From Octopus vulgaris (taxonomy: Eukaryota): DNA of 64,000 bases. The stretch's first letter is position 1; every line of letters starts with the position of its first letter. This document shows positions 28,069 through 42,014 of the stretch, in pieces. The stretch covers positions 35,836,001 to 35,900,000 of the forward strand of contig OX597817.1 of NCBI GenBank assembly GCA_951406725.2, given 5' to 3'. The notes beneath the pieces are model-generated. The model was not told where the DNA came from, ran no database searches, and saw nothing but the letters and a program-made list of their open reading frames with translations. The position numbers and the translations under genes were made by a program.

Positions 28069-28546
28069 TATAACATAAAGCTGAAACTAATGAACAACAA
28101 ATATATAGTGTGTGTGTTTTTATTGGCTAAACTGGCAACATGACCATCCCCAAATGCAACAATATATATATATCATCATCATCATCATATATTAAATGAT
28201 GATGATGATGATATATATATATACTGCTGTGTGGACGCCCCCAGACAATGAAGTAGACTTGCCCAATACATAGATATAGAAGGAGATGTCTAGACGTCAA
28301 TGTAGACTAGAACAGAGTAGAGTAGTTGAAAACAGAGTTGAGTAGCAGTCGGAGGAGTAGAGTAGAAGGTGTCTGAACGTGTGGTATAACATATACATAT
28401 TAGCATGGAAAACGGACGTTAAACGATGATGATGATATATATATATATATGTAGATACATATACATATGTACATACATATACATGTATATACATACATAC
28501 ATATACATACATACAAACATGCATATACATACATACATACATACAT

Positions 28547-29426
28547 GATGGCTGCCCCCTCATTATCGAGTGTGGCCATTGCACGAAGCTTAACTGTTAT
28601 TGGTGCTGTGATCGAATGTGACTTTTTAGCCCAGCTAAAGATCTACAATGTCTTGTACAGAATTGGTAGCTAAAACCTTTATACATACATTATGGCTGCC
28701 CCCTTGTTATCGAGTATGGCCATTGCACGAAGCTTAACTGTTACTGGTGCTGTGATCGAATGTGACTTTTTAGCCCAGCTAAAGATATACAATGTCTTGT
28801 ACAAAATTGGCAACTAAAGCCTTTACTGGTAATAGCCGGCTGTAGTTGTAACTGGGCTTCATGTACCCTTGCATGTCGTTTAAGTCCTCCTGCTGAATTA
28901 CACTCTCTTCCACATGCCCGACAGATATGATTAGTATGGTGTGTTACACCACCACCACCAGTGGCCAGGTTGTCACTCATCTGTCTCGTTTTATGACTAT
29001 GAAGATAACTCATGAGTCCAGCTTTACTGAGGCAGGATCTTGCACAGACATTGCATGTCAGAATCAAAGGAAGACCCTTCCCTTCTAGAAGTGTAACAGC
29101 GATGCCCTTCCTGACATCCCTCCTTACTTTCTCATGTGCAACTCGAGATTTCTCAAACGTGGCTGTCCCCTCATGCACAATCCTTCTCCACCTGCTACGA
29201 TCAATAGCTATGCCTTCCCATGTGTCAGGAGAGATGCAAGTATCTCTCAAGGAAGCCTTCAGCAAGTCCTTATACCTCTTTTTTGGTTTATGTGGAGGTC
29301 ATTCTCCTTTAGCTAACTCTCCATAAAAGAGTTGTTTAGGCATCCTTGAATCTTTCATTCTGACCAGATGACCACTCCATCTGAGCCTTTGCTTTAACAC
29401 AAGAGCTTCTATACTTTCACACCGAG
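28547..29426 (-). mobile_element. Second RTE (BovB-like) LINE, 5'-truncated, with three C-terminal C2H2 fingers; its last ~135 nt repeated in tandem
   Basis: QRLRWSGHLVRMKDSRMPKQLFYGEL..G.*P..KPKKRYKD...DRSRWR, then CxxC-12-Hx3-4H three times (first His mutated). 28547-28680 duplicates 28692-28824. (TATG)n tails. Confidence 0.9.
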
Positions 29427-29645
29427 ATATATATATATATATATCATCAGTAAAGCATAAATCTGAAAAAGAAGCGGACTGTAAGTTATAGAGCAGTATA
29501 TAATATAAAAGTTATATTATATAATATATTATATAATATAAAAGTTATATTATATAATATAAAAGTTATATTATAAAAGTCCGGTTTATAGAATAAACTG
29601 GATTTATCTAACTCTATTTATATAATATTTATATAAATACACACA

Positions 29646-29710
<65 letters not shown>

Positions 29711-29767
29711 ACACATATATGTTTATGGATATATATATATACACATATGTGTATATATATATATATA

Positions 29768-29978
29768 ACAGGAAGCTTTACGAAAATAAACAAAAGACGA
29801 AGGCAGGTGGAGTACAAACAAACAATTGTATTTGTATGGTGCTCAGGAATAGAAATAAAACAAGTTTTTTACGTTTCGAGCCTACGCTCTTCAACAGAAA
29901 GATACACAGAAAAGAAACACGGGGAGAAACAAGGAGAGAAAAAAAATGCATGCAGGAGCTAATGAATCAACATGGCAG

Positions 29979-29982
<4 letters not shown>
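29768..29982 (-). mobile_element. Penelope-type terminal fragment with variant hammerhead core; second copy at 35665-35835
   Basis: CTTT-CTGTTGA-A-GAGC gtag GCTC-GAAAC-GTA-AAA at 29866-29902. Both copies are flanked by TA-rich microsatellite. Confidence 0.6.
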
Positions 29983-30035
<53 letters not shown>

Positions 30036-30797
30036 GCGTATTTATATATATGTATATAAATGTGTATAAACATGTGTGTGTGTGTGCATACATAAGTATG
30101 TATATATGTGTATACATATATATGTACATACATTTAAGTATATACATATATGTGTATACATATGTAGATATGTGTTTCTATGTTTATACATAAAAAAATG
30201 AGAGACAGAGAATGGAACTCATATGATTCTTTATTCAGAACCACTATGATTGTTTCAACTCATTATGTACACATACCTTACAGATGAGATTCTGTACAAT
30301 CCCATTGTTATGCATAATGCTCTCTAACCCGAGTTCACCTTCTGTTTTGCCCAATCAATTGGTCGTGTTGATCTGGATGAGCAGAGACAACACTGAGCAA
30401 ATGTGAACTTTTTGTCTTGTGGGGTACATGGTAAATTCTCTATCACTAGTGCCACAATAAAATGCATCCAGTATTTTAAGTAACATAACTGGTGAACAAG
30501 CAGAGAGAGTATGGGGTTTATAGGATTTTTTAGTGTTGGCTTGTTAAGCATATGAGGACCTCTCTAGTGTTATTGCCACAATAAAATGCACCTGGTACAC
30601 TTTGTAAAGTGGCTGGTGTTAGAAAGGACATACAGCATAGAAACTCTGCTAAAATAAATAAACCAAATGTGGTCTCTCAATCATTCATCAGTCACTTTGA
30701 ATTAGAACTGAGTCAGACAAGCACAACTCATCTAATTTATGCCAGTATAGAAAGCAGATGTAAAACAATGATAATAGTCATATACATACATGAATGT

Positions 30798-31777
30798 ATC
30801 ATCATCATCATCATCATCATCAATGTTTAACGTCCACTTTCCATGCTAGCATGGGTTGGATGGTTTGACTGACGACTGGCAAGCCAGGAGGCTGCACCAG
30901 GCTCCAGTCTGATCTGGTAAGGTTTCTACAGCTGGATGCCCTTCCTAACATCAACTACTCTGAGAGTGTAGTGGGTGGATTTTTTTATGTATCACCAGCA
31001 CGAGAGCCAGTTAAGTGGCACTGGCAATGACCACTCTCGAATGGTGCTTTTAACGTGCCACTGGCATGGGAGCCAGTCCAGTGGAACTAGCATCAACCGC
31101 ACTCAAATGGTGCTTCCTATGTGCCACCAGCATGGGTGCAAGTCAGGCGGTACTGGCATCATCCATGATAATGATCTCACTTGACTCAACAGGTCTTCTC
31201 ATTGCCCAATGATTGAAGGGTACTCTTAAATGGGCAAGTTATGCGACACTCTTGTGTCACAGAGGCTATAGCTACAGTCTCACTTGAGTCTCAAGCACAG
31301 TGTATCTTCAAAGGTCTTGGTTACTTGTCATTGCCTCTGTGAGGCCCAACATTCAAGGGTCATGTTTCACCAGCTCATCCCTGGTCTACCTGGGTCTACA
31401 TCTTCCACAGATTCCCTCCACTGTTAGGGTGTGACACTTTTTTACACAGCTGTCCTCATCTATATATAACACATGACCATACCAACGCAGTTGTCTCTCT
31501 TGCACACCACATCTGATGCTTCTTAATTCCAACTTTTCTCTCAGGGTGCTTTCACTCTGTTGTGTATGTACACTGACATTACACATCCAGCGGAGCATAT
31601 TAGCTTCATTTCTTGCAAGCTTATGCATGTCCTCAGCAGTTACAGCCCATGTTTCACTGACATGTAGTATGGCTGTTTGCACACATGTGTCATACAGTCT
31701 ACCTTTCACTCTTAGCAAGAGACCCTTTGTTACCAGCAGAGGTAGGACCTCTCTGAACTTTGCTCTGGCTATTCTTA
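30798..31777 (-). mobile_element. 5'-truncated RTE-clade LINE: ORF C-terminus + 3'UTR with 3 structured modules + (GAT)n tail
   Basis: Minus-strand translation LRVKGRLY...SETW...RQLRWYGHV...VEGICGR.RPR is a typical RTE ORF end. It is contiguous with the abundant GTTAGGAAGGGCATCCAGCTGTAGAAAC...CCAACCCATGCTAGCATGG(GAT)n repeat. Confidence 0.9.
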
Positions 31778-32583
31778 TTCACAGAAGTGGTAATAGATTA
31801 AAATAGCCATCTGTATATCATACTTAATGTAAAGACATCGTGTATAGCAAATTTACTGCAGTATTCATCTGGAAAAAATATCTCTTACGGCCATGTTGTA
31901 TTTAAAAATACACAACACATAAAGGGTGCAAACAAAAATCATTCCTGCTGTGGCTAGTGAGTACATTTGATGCATTTCTGCCTTGTTAAGCTTTGTCAAT
32001 AACATGTACTCACAGCCAACTGCATTCTTAGATGAAATCTATTGTAACTGATACATGGTAAAATAGTGAATAAACAGTCACTGATGTCGCAAATAGCCAC
32101 CCAACTGGATAAAATCTAATACTGTTTGTGTAGCACATAACAGATTTTTATTCAGCTTGCTTATCCACAGCAGCTGAATAGTAAATGAGTAAAAGAGAGC
32201 AAGTGATGAGGTGCCTGAGTCAATGCTGTTCATAAACCTCCATCAAGATTAGTGAAATTGATATCAGCAGTATAGGGAAGGAGTGAACTGTGTGTTTGGT
32301 CTAAATGTTTGCAACAGAATGAACTCCACAGGAGACATCAGAGACTAAAAGCATACTATTAAACCAGATTTTATGTTAGACCTATTCCACACCTGATAAA
32401 GATTTATCTCAACTAACAAAATCTTTACATATTACCTTATTTTTTTACATTTTTGTTTTTTAGAATTGTATACAGATATACATTTGTCATGTAAACTTCT
32501 ATATGGCTATTACATCTACTTGGCAGTTTTTAAACAGCATTTCCTTAAAACATTATATTCAACAGTCAGATAAAGTGTGAAGA

Positions 32584-32684
32584 ATGACTACTGAGGGACC
32601 TTCAGATACCACAGGTGTTGAACAACACAAACCTGACTCACCATTCAATAGCAGAGAATTCTGGTCACCATGGTTTAATAACAG
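32584..32684 (+). CDS. CCDC33: CCDC33-like, first coding exon (MTTEGPSDTTGVEQHKPDSPFNSREFWSPWFNN-S)
   Basis: ATG at 32584 with an in-frame TGA just upstream (32578-80). Donor AG|gtatgt, phase 2, joins exon 34239 to give AGC. Candidate acceptors at 32463 and 32565. Confidence 0.65.
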
Positions 32685-33055
32685 GTATGTCTAATGATTG
32701 ATGAATGTATAGAAAAAGTGATATTTTAGAATAACTGCTTTAACTATTAACTGGTAAATAAATGCTTGTTTCTCTATTGAGAAATATTCAAAGAATATGT
32801 TCAATTGAGCTTCAGTATCTACTTTTGATGCACATAAAAGTAATATAACCAAAACCATTTTTACCACATGTCCATAGTATTGGAGCTGTGATCTCACATT
32901 TTGGAGAAGTAGTGGTTCTGCTTGGAGCACCATTATGATCTCTGAGCTACACACTCTACTGAGTAGCATTACTTCAAAGACACATCAGAGAAACCCCATT
33001 TCTGCTGTTTATATTTTTATGGAAGACTGCAAAAGAATGCCACTGCCTAGATGAT

Positions 33056-33112
<57 letters not shown>

Positions 33113-33397
33113 TCACATCACATTTCATAGTTGGCCACAACAGACTTCAGCCATGTCCTTGCTGTATTCTTGAGATATTCTTTTGTCTGTAAAATTACTT
33201 TTCATCTGATGGTTACGGTTTTTTTTTTTTTGGAGTAATGTTGTCATTCTTCTACTAAAAAGTCACATAAGAAACAGCTGTAATGAGCTGACAGTTATCC
33301 ATTGTATGTTATTATTCATTTTATTATAATACACCAAAGGGATTTACGACTTGTTGGACATCCTAGAGTAAATCAACAACAAACTATTCAACATACT

Positions 33398-33433
<36 letters not shown>

Positions 33434-33464
33434 TAGAAGGTTTGGAGGTGATGCACAGGTATTA

Positions 33465-33742
33465 TATATTAGAAAAAATAAGGTACTCAGAAATCTGGAT
33501 GGTTTTATATTTACGATATTTACAGATTTTTATTAATATGTCACATGTTTTTTATAAATCATATATTAAGGCTTGCATCTACTCTAGTAGACTCTCCAGA
33601 TTTGAATGGATTCCACATCTGGAGAGTCTACTAGTGTAGATGCAAGCGTTAATAAATGATTTATAAAAACATGTGACATATTAATAAATATCTGTAAATA
33701 TAAAACCATCCAGATTTCTGAGTACCTCATTTCTCTAATATA
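33465..33742. repeat. Near-perfect long hairpin (~135-bp arms) in CCDC33 intron 1
   Basis: aggtactcagaaatctggatggttttata...ctagtagactctccagat is mirrored around ~33608. Confidence 0.95.
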
Positions 33743-33758
33743 TCTATATCTATATCTA

Positions 33759-33946
<188 letters not shown>

Positions 33947-34127
33947 CAAAATACACATACATATGCAGACATATATGTGAGCAAGATTGCGTATACACAT
34001 GTATATGTGTATTTGTGTGTATATTTACGTCTTGCATATATATGTTGCATATGTATGTGGTCTGTGTACATCCATCTGTGTATTTTGATGGTTTAGTATG
34101 CATATATATATGTGTGTGTGTGTGTGT

Positions 34128-34165
<38 letters not shown>

Positions 34166-34238
34166 AAGTGTGTGTATGTATGTATGTACGTATGTATGTA
34201 TGTATATTCATTATAATGTTTGTTTTGTTCTATTGTAG

Positions 34239-34483
34239 CCATAGAGAAAATCCTGTGAGGTTATCAGACGAACTTCAGCCTCATGATGAATTGAATCGCT
34301 ATAGACAGGCAGTGCGCAGGATGGGAGAGGACATTCTGGCACTCAACAGCCAAGTGGCACAGCTGCAAGCAGCCAACATACAACTGCAGAATATTGTTGC
34401 ACGGCATGAAAATCTGACAGACTTTCATATTGAGTACAGTAACATTGATGGAATCACCAAAGCTGAGATGATGGAAAATTATG
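34239..34483 (+). CDS. CCDC33: CCDC33-like coding exon 2 (coiled coil; ELNRYRQAVRRMGEDILALNSQ)
   Basis: Acceptor ttgttctattgtag, donor G|gttagg. Matches the vertebrate CCDC33 segment [20 protein letters not shown] as I recall it. Confidence 0.9.
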
Positions 34484-34738
34484 GTTAGGAATCAACTAAG
34501 TTTTCCTTATTCTTCTTTATGCTTGAGAAAGAGAGAGAGGTGGGAGAGAGAAAGAGAGAGAGTGGTGGGGTAGAGAGAGAGAGAGGTGCAGGGAGCACAG
34601 ACAGACAGAGATAGAGAAAGAGGATTGGAGGAAGTGAGGAAGGGAGAGAGAAGAAAAGTGAGATGTCACAGTAATTTCTTCCATAAATATGAAGAACTTT
34701 GGTTGGTGTGAAGATATAGATTACTGAGTTTACCTTAA

Positions 34739-34959
34739 CCCTTTTTTTACTGTATTTATTTTGAGATGCTCAGTGTTTCTTTTAATTACTTTAAATATAA
34801 CAAAGAATTTAGTAAAATAACTTAGTTATCATTAAGCTAGTGTTAGGAACATAAGTTGTGACTAAGGTTTGGTGGAAAATTTTAATTCAAAACTTATGAA
34901 AACAAGACATTTGTAATACAGAGCCAGAGCCGGTTTCAGCCGGGTTGGTAATGAAAGGG
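34739..34959. mobile_element. piggyBac-type MITE
   Basis: TTAA TSD; CCCTTT...TTAC / GTAATGAAAGGG termini. Confidence 0.88.
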
Positions 34960-36154
34960 TTAAAAGATTGAGAATCAATGTCAGCGTGAGTGAAATATGA
35001 ACTCACAATGTAAATGCTCAAAACTAGACATTGCAAGGCATTTCAGTCTAGTGCAATACTCTACCAATCAAGTCATTGCCTGTTCTGGTGTCTATGGGTT
35101 AATCTGTTCTATTATAGGCACAAGGCCTGAAATTTGTGGGGAGGTGGGGGCCAGTCGATTAGATCAACTCCAGTATGCAATTGGTACTTAATTTACTAAT
35201 TCTGAAAGGATGAAAGGCAAAATCGACCTCGGCAGAATTTGAACTCAGAATGTAGTAACAGGTAAAATGTCACTAAGTATTTTGTCTGGTGTGCTAACGA
35301 CTCTAACAGATCGCCCCCTTGATGTCTATGAGATAATAATGAGAAAAGTCAGGTTGTTGTAAACATGGCATTAAGATGAATATTTTGAAGAGAGAAAAAA
35401 ATCTGAGCCGAAGCTGGGAATTAAGTTTTATTTATAAATTAATTGTATATTCATATAACTGTTCATGTATACAAACTAACTCCTACATGCACATACACAG
35501 AAATCATAAACGCAAGCAAATACAGTCACACAGAACATATACATGCATACGTACATGCACACACACACATACACATACAGATGTATATATATATATATGC
35601 ATATATATACATATCTCTCTCTCTCTCTCTCTCTATCTATATATCTATCTATCTATCTATATATAGGGAGAGTTTACGAAAAAACAAAAGACAAAGACAG
35701 GTAGTGTACAAAACAAACAGATGTATTAGTATAACGCTCAGGAATAGAAAAAGTCTTTTACGTTTCAAGCCTACGCTCTTCTACAGAAAGGGACACAGAA
35801 AAAACAAGGAGAGAAACAAGGAGAGAAAAAAATGTATATATATCGGGTTCAGTCCCACTGCGTGGCATCTTGGGCAAATGTCTTCTGCTATAGCCTCGGG
35901 CCGACCAATGCCTTGTGAGTGGATTTGGTAGACGGAAACTGAAAGAAGCCCGTCGTATATATGTATGTGTTTGTCCCCCTAGCATTGCTTGACAACCGAT
36001 GCTGGTGTGTTTACGTCCCCGTCACTTAGCGGTTCGGCAAAAGAGACCGATAGAATAAGTACTGGGCTTACAAAGAATAAGTCCCGGGGTCGATTTGCTC
36101 GACTAAAGGCGGTGCTCCAGCATGGCCGCAGTCAAATGACTGAAACAAGTGAAA

Positions 36155-36187
<33 letters not shown>

Positions 36188-36580
36188 CTTGACAATGTAA
36201 AAAATAATGATTACTCCAAAGAAGCAATAGCATTATCTTTAATTTTATAATTATATACTGCCTTACTCATCATTGAGAAGAAGACCCATCAAGCTGAGCA
36301 GAATCACAGTCGTAGTAGATACTGGTGTCGTGCAAATGGCAACCATGCTGGTGTCATGTAACAGCATCGTGGTGTCACATAAATAGCACCTGTGCCAGTG
36401 GCATGTAAAAGCACCCATTACACTCTTGGAGTGGTTCGTATTAGGAAGGGCATCCAGCCATAGAAACCCATGCCAAATCAGACTGGAGTCAGGCGCAACC
36501 TTCCAGTGTGCCAGCCCTGTCAAACTGTTCAACCCATGCCAGCATGGACAACAGATGTTAAATGATGATGATGAGATACA

Positions 36581-36616
<36 letters not shown>

Positions 36617-39002
36617 TAAATGTATGTGTACTTTTTCAATGTTTACAAATAACATGGAAAAAATAAATGAATAGTTACCAGGGTAGCAAACATTCACATA
36701 AGTGTCAAGGATATTACAGCCTAAAATTCCAGGGTTAAGTGAAATGTTTTTGCATAATATGGATAAATTAGGAATTGGAGTCGAATGCAGATGTTATTAA
36801 AATCATTTATACTTCCAACATGTGTTTCGAAGAAGGCGTTGAGATTATTCTGGACAGAATAAAAATAACTGAGGTCAAAGATCTGAACTTCTAGAAACAC
36901 CTTTACACAATATATTTCTATTGTTAAGAATGCTGATGAGTCAGAAAATATTGAAATGAATGACTTGCTAAAACAATTCTTAGTAGTATGAAAAAAGTTA
37001 AACAGTAAAACTTTAGCTATGAGTAAGCAAAAGCTGAAATTAGTATAGTATACTGGTTTCAAATTTTAGCTCAAGTTTCGGGGGAGGGATTAATTTTATT
37101 ACATTGACCTCAGTGCTCGACTGGTACTTATTTTATTGACCATGAAAAGATGAAAGACAAAGTTGACCTTGGCAGAATTTGAACTCAGATGGACAAAATG
37201 CTGCTAAGCATATTTGCCTGCTGTGCTAATGCTTTTGCCAGCTTGCCACCTTAACTTAGTTTAGTGTATTAACACATGACAAATATTATGGTCTGTAACA
37301 AATTACTATCAGTTGTAAATAGGATGTTTATTTCCAATAAAATGAATAATGATTTGTAAGACTTGTATAATTTAAAGAGTCCCTGGATATCTCTGAATTT
37401 ATAGTTCTACATTAATACAAGGTTCTTTCTTTTAATCAAAATACAAAGGAAAATCAAGGTTGAACTAGAGATACTTTGATTTGACAACCCTTAAATTAAA
37501 TAACTGGACATATTTAGAAATTGGAAATAGCAAAAAATGTCTCCTGTTTGCAATAGCTCATAGCATTTTATCTTTTATCTTTTACTTGTTTCAGTCATTA
37601 GTCTGTGGCCATGCTGGGGCACTGCCTTGAAGAATTTTTAGTCTTTTAGATCAACCCCAGTACTTATTATTTTTTAAAAACTTGGTACTTATTCTATTGG
37701 CACCCTTTGCTGAGCTGCTAATCTAAGGGAATGTAAATGCACCAATACCAGTTGTCAAGCTGTGGTGGGGAACACAGACACAAAGACACCCCCCACCGAA
37801 AAAAACACACACACAGCACAATGGACTTCCTTCAGTTTCCATCTGCCAAATCCACTCACAAGGCTTTGGTCGGCTTGAGGCTATAGTGAAAGACATTTGC
37901 CTAAGGTACCACACAGTGGGACTAGACCCAGAACCATGTGGTTGGGAAGCAAGCTTGTTATCACACAACCACACCTGCACCCTGTTAAAGTATTTTATTA
38001 CAGTCTCCCACAATGAACAGCAATGTTGTAACGTCATTGCAAACCAAATTATAGTTGCATGCTATACCTCTTTAGCAAAACCATCTTAGGAACATCTCTA
38101 ATAAAAAGACAAAATTAATTTTGGATAGTATTGTAGTTTGCTTGAAGCATTGTGTATTGTTTGCGAAATATAATGTGTTTTGAATGACACAACAATGCCA
38201 TGTGGCCTATAATAACTGTTATAATTTAATTATCCATAATCTGATACAATAATATTTCGGAATACAAAAAATCCTTCTTCAAATATCGCTAGAAATTGAT
38301 TGAGTCACTGCTATAATCAGTTTTCCAATGGTTACTGAAATTTTTTATTTTTTTGGAAGCGTCTCTGCAGTGGTCTCATGAAGCTCCTTTCACAATTCCT
38401 CATGATAAGTGCATGTCTCAAGCTCGTGTGTGTTGGCACATATGCAGTGCTGCTTTTAAGTTATGTATTACATGGGCAGTTTCTTTCTTTCTTTTATTTT
38501 TATAATACATAACCATGAAGAACCCATAGAAAATATTATATATTTATGATAAATAATTTTACTAAGTACTCTATTTGATGACATAAATGACATATAGACA
38601 TATTAGATGCACCCCAATTTCAACTGTGTATATTTATGATGAAGTTTTTAGTGCTTTAAAGAATATAGACCCAACTTCACGTACAGGATGTGAGGTGATG
38701 TTTAAGACATTCTTTGTGGAGAAAAAGCATCTTATGTGTCTTATATGCCATCAAATTGATGGCATTTAAGATGCACTTTTTCTTCCCAAATTTGAATTAA
38801 TCTTTTGAAAATATATGGCCACCTTGGATATATCCACACCTTGTAATATCATGCTGCAATCTTGTAGCATTATTACAAAAGCCCAGCAGTTAGTCATATG
38901 TATTATAATCTTCTTTAAAGATAAGTCTACTAGCTTCTCATAGTCTGAACTATGGAAAAGAACCGTGAGAAACTCTTATCAAAAATGAATATGTGAGATA
39001 GA

Positions 39003-39471
39003 TATTCTGTTGTGTCTGGGGAGAGTCATTTTCTTTTTGTGCCTTATTATTTAACACGCTCACCGGTAAAATTTCCACTTATTTCTTATTTTTATTTTCC
39101 TAAAATTTTCGTTGTGTGTTGCAACCTTTTCAATAGTTTTGAAACTAAAGTTTAGAGAGTCAAAACTATTGAAAAGGTTGCAACATGCAATGAAAATTTT
39201 AGGAAAATAAAAATAAGAAATAAGTAATTGCAAATACTTTAGTTGTAAAAGATGCATTTATTGTGTTGTGTCTGGGGCAAGTCATTTTCTTTTTGTGCCT
39301 TATAATAAAACACACTCACCAGTAAAATAGTCAAGACTATTGAAAAGGTTGCAAGACGCAACGAAAATTTTAGGAAAATAAAAATAAGAAAAAAGTGGAA
39401 ATTTTACCGGTGAGTGCGTTAAATAATAAGGCACAAAAAGAAAATGACTCTCACCAGACACAACAGAATAT
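39003..39471. repeat. Compound foldback (A, partial A', partial A, A') of a Penelope-type terminal repeat
   Basis: 39003-39141 is inverted at 39328-39471 and partly at 39158-39225; a direct partial copy lies at 39262-39327. Confidence 0.9.
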
Positions 39472-41324
39472 GCTTCAACACATGAACTCATATAAAGAAT
39501 CTTGCAAACCAAATTCAAAAGCGAAATATGAGTTAGATATGTTTCCTAATTATTTATTTCATCATGCTTACACTACATACCTGAAATTGCCAGTCATAAA
39601 AAACAGTACCAACTTGCAGGAAATCCCAACCGGACTTCTCTCAAATCACAGCCTGTCTACAATCTTAGAATAGAAAAGAACACACTTGATAATATAATGC
39701 TAAACATTCACTAAAAAGAGGAAATGGTCACAGCTTGAATGTCTTTCATCATAGGTTAGCTCAGTTAAGCTGACTTGAGGCTCAACAACAAATGCCTTTT
39801 GTAGGGGCAGAGATACAACTAAACTAATTTGTCCTCTCTGGCCTGTATGGAGCCAAACACCTTAGAGGGTATCCAATCACCTATGAAAAATCAGAGACAT
39901 TTATTTCAATAGCTTTTGGTGTCATTTAGGTTTTATAGAAATATAACAATAGAGACTGGTTGAAGAGAAACTTTTGAGAGGAATTTCTCTTTCTCAGACA
40001 CTAAATGCCAGTTTTACTTGTACGTGAATAAAGATAGACTTGAACTTTCTTTGTAAACAGGATTAAGCTCTACCTTTGCCAACTCTTCATAACACTAATT
40101 ATATAGAAACTAAACCAATAATACTATCATTTATTGGCCATTTAGGACCCATTCAAGCATGAAGAGTGTTCACAGGTATTGTAGGAATGTATATCCCCAC
40201 CACCACCACAACCACCACCACCACATTACTATGCTTGTTTCCAAGCATAGTAATGTTTCCCCTTGGCTGGACATGTTTTCACAGAAGACTGGAAATGAAT
40301 GATACTGTTGGTATAATGGTGACACTCACTTAAACCATTGCGTTATGTCAGGAAAAGTAGACAGTCACATACATCCATGTATATCTATTTCTTTACTACC
40401 CACAAGGGGCTAAACACAGAGAGGACAAACAAGGATAGACAAATGGATTAAGTCGATTATATTGACCCCAGTATGTAACTGGTACTTATTTAATCGACCC
40501 TGAATGGATGAAAGGCAAAGTTGACCTCGGCAGAATTTGAACTCAGAATGTAGCGGCAGACGAAATACCACTACAATTCATTTACAATTCATTTTTCCCC
40601 GTGTGCTAACGCTTCTGCCAGCTCGCCACCTATGTGTATTATCTGTGTACATCCGTGTATATCATCATCATCATCATCATCATTGCTGTTGTCGTCATTA
40701 TTGTTTTCATCATTTAATGTCCACTTTTCCATGCTGGCATGAGTCACATGAAATTTACTGAGGCAGGAAATCTACAGTTGGGTGCCTTCCTGTCACCAAC
40801 TCTCACTAGTTTTCATGCATGACCAGGTATATTTTCATTGAAGACTGAAAACAAACAACCTCACTTTATGGTGATGTGTGGCTGTGTGGTAAGAAGCTTG
40901 CTTCCCAACCACATGGTTCTGGGTTCAGTCCCACTATGTGGCACCTCTGCTATAGCCTCAGGCCGACCAAAGCCTTGTGAGGGAATTTGGGAGACAGAAA
41001 CTGAAAGAAGACCATCGTATATATATATGTATATATGTATATGTTTGTGTGCCTGTGTTTGTCATCCCAGCGCTGCTTGACAACCAATGTTGGTGTGTTT
41101 ATGTCCCCATAACTTAGCGGTTTGGCAAAAGCAACTGATAGAATAAGTACTAGGCTTACAAAGAATAAGTCCTGGGATCGATTTGTTTGACTAAAGATGT
41201 AGCTCCAGCATGGCTGCTGTCAAATGATTGAAACAAATAAAAAGAAAAAAAAGAGTAATGCTCATTTGCAACCATCACATAATGTCTAGACTAGACAAGA
41301 GTACACACAAACACACGCATGCAA

Positions 41325-41366
<42 letters not shown>

Positions 41367-42014
41367 TAGGCTTCTTTCAGTTTTCCTTCTTCCGAATCTA
41401 TTCTCAAGGCTTTAGTCAGCCTGGAGCTATAGTAGAAGACACTTGCCATGCAGTGGAACTGAATCCCAAACTACCTAGCCACACCACCCTGCCTGTGCTT
41501 GTAAATGTATGCATGTAGTTATATAAAAATAAGAGATGGAGAAGGATGATATGCAATATCAGGGATCTGCAAGGTGTGGATGTGGAAGTCTTCAAAAAAC
41601 GTCTAGTTTTTATCTGCAATACCGGATGAACTCACATCACGACAGGAGGCACAAAGAAGAGCAGCAATGTCCAAGCTGCTACTTCACCAGAAGCAATGCT
41701 GGAAAAATCCCCGGATGCAGTAAAGGCACTGCACCAGCATGGCCTCAGCCTTTGGTTGAAACCCGTAAAAGATAAAAAATATATATATATTTCTTTATTG
41801 CCCACAGGGGGCTAAACATAGAGGGGACAAACAAGGACCAACAGGGGAATAAGTCGATTATATCGATCCCAGTGTGTAACTGGTACTTATTTAATGAACC
41901 TTAAAATTTTGGGGACATTTTTTGCAATTGTCTGGTAATACAGATATAGACTTGCTCAAATGCATCAAGAAATTAACATTGATATTTTTTTCACTGTTAT
42001 TACAATCATCTTAA

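Noticed and set aside
28741-29265. Host C2H2 zinc-finger gene
   Set aside because: The frame continues upstream into RTE RT C-terminal motifs and ends in a LINE tail.
31915-32345. Mariner 5' relic upstream of CCDC33 exon 1
   Set aside because: Only faint resemblance to an N-terminal HTH region; too degenerate to call.
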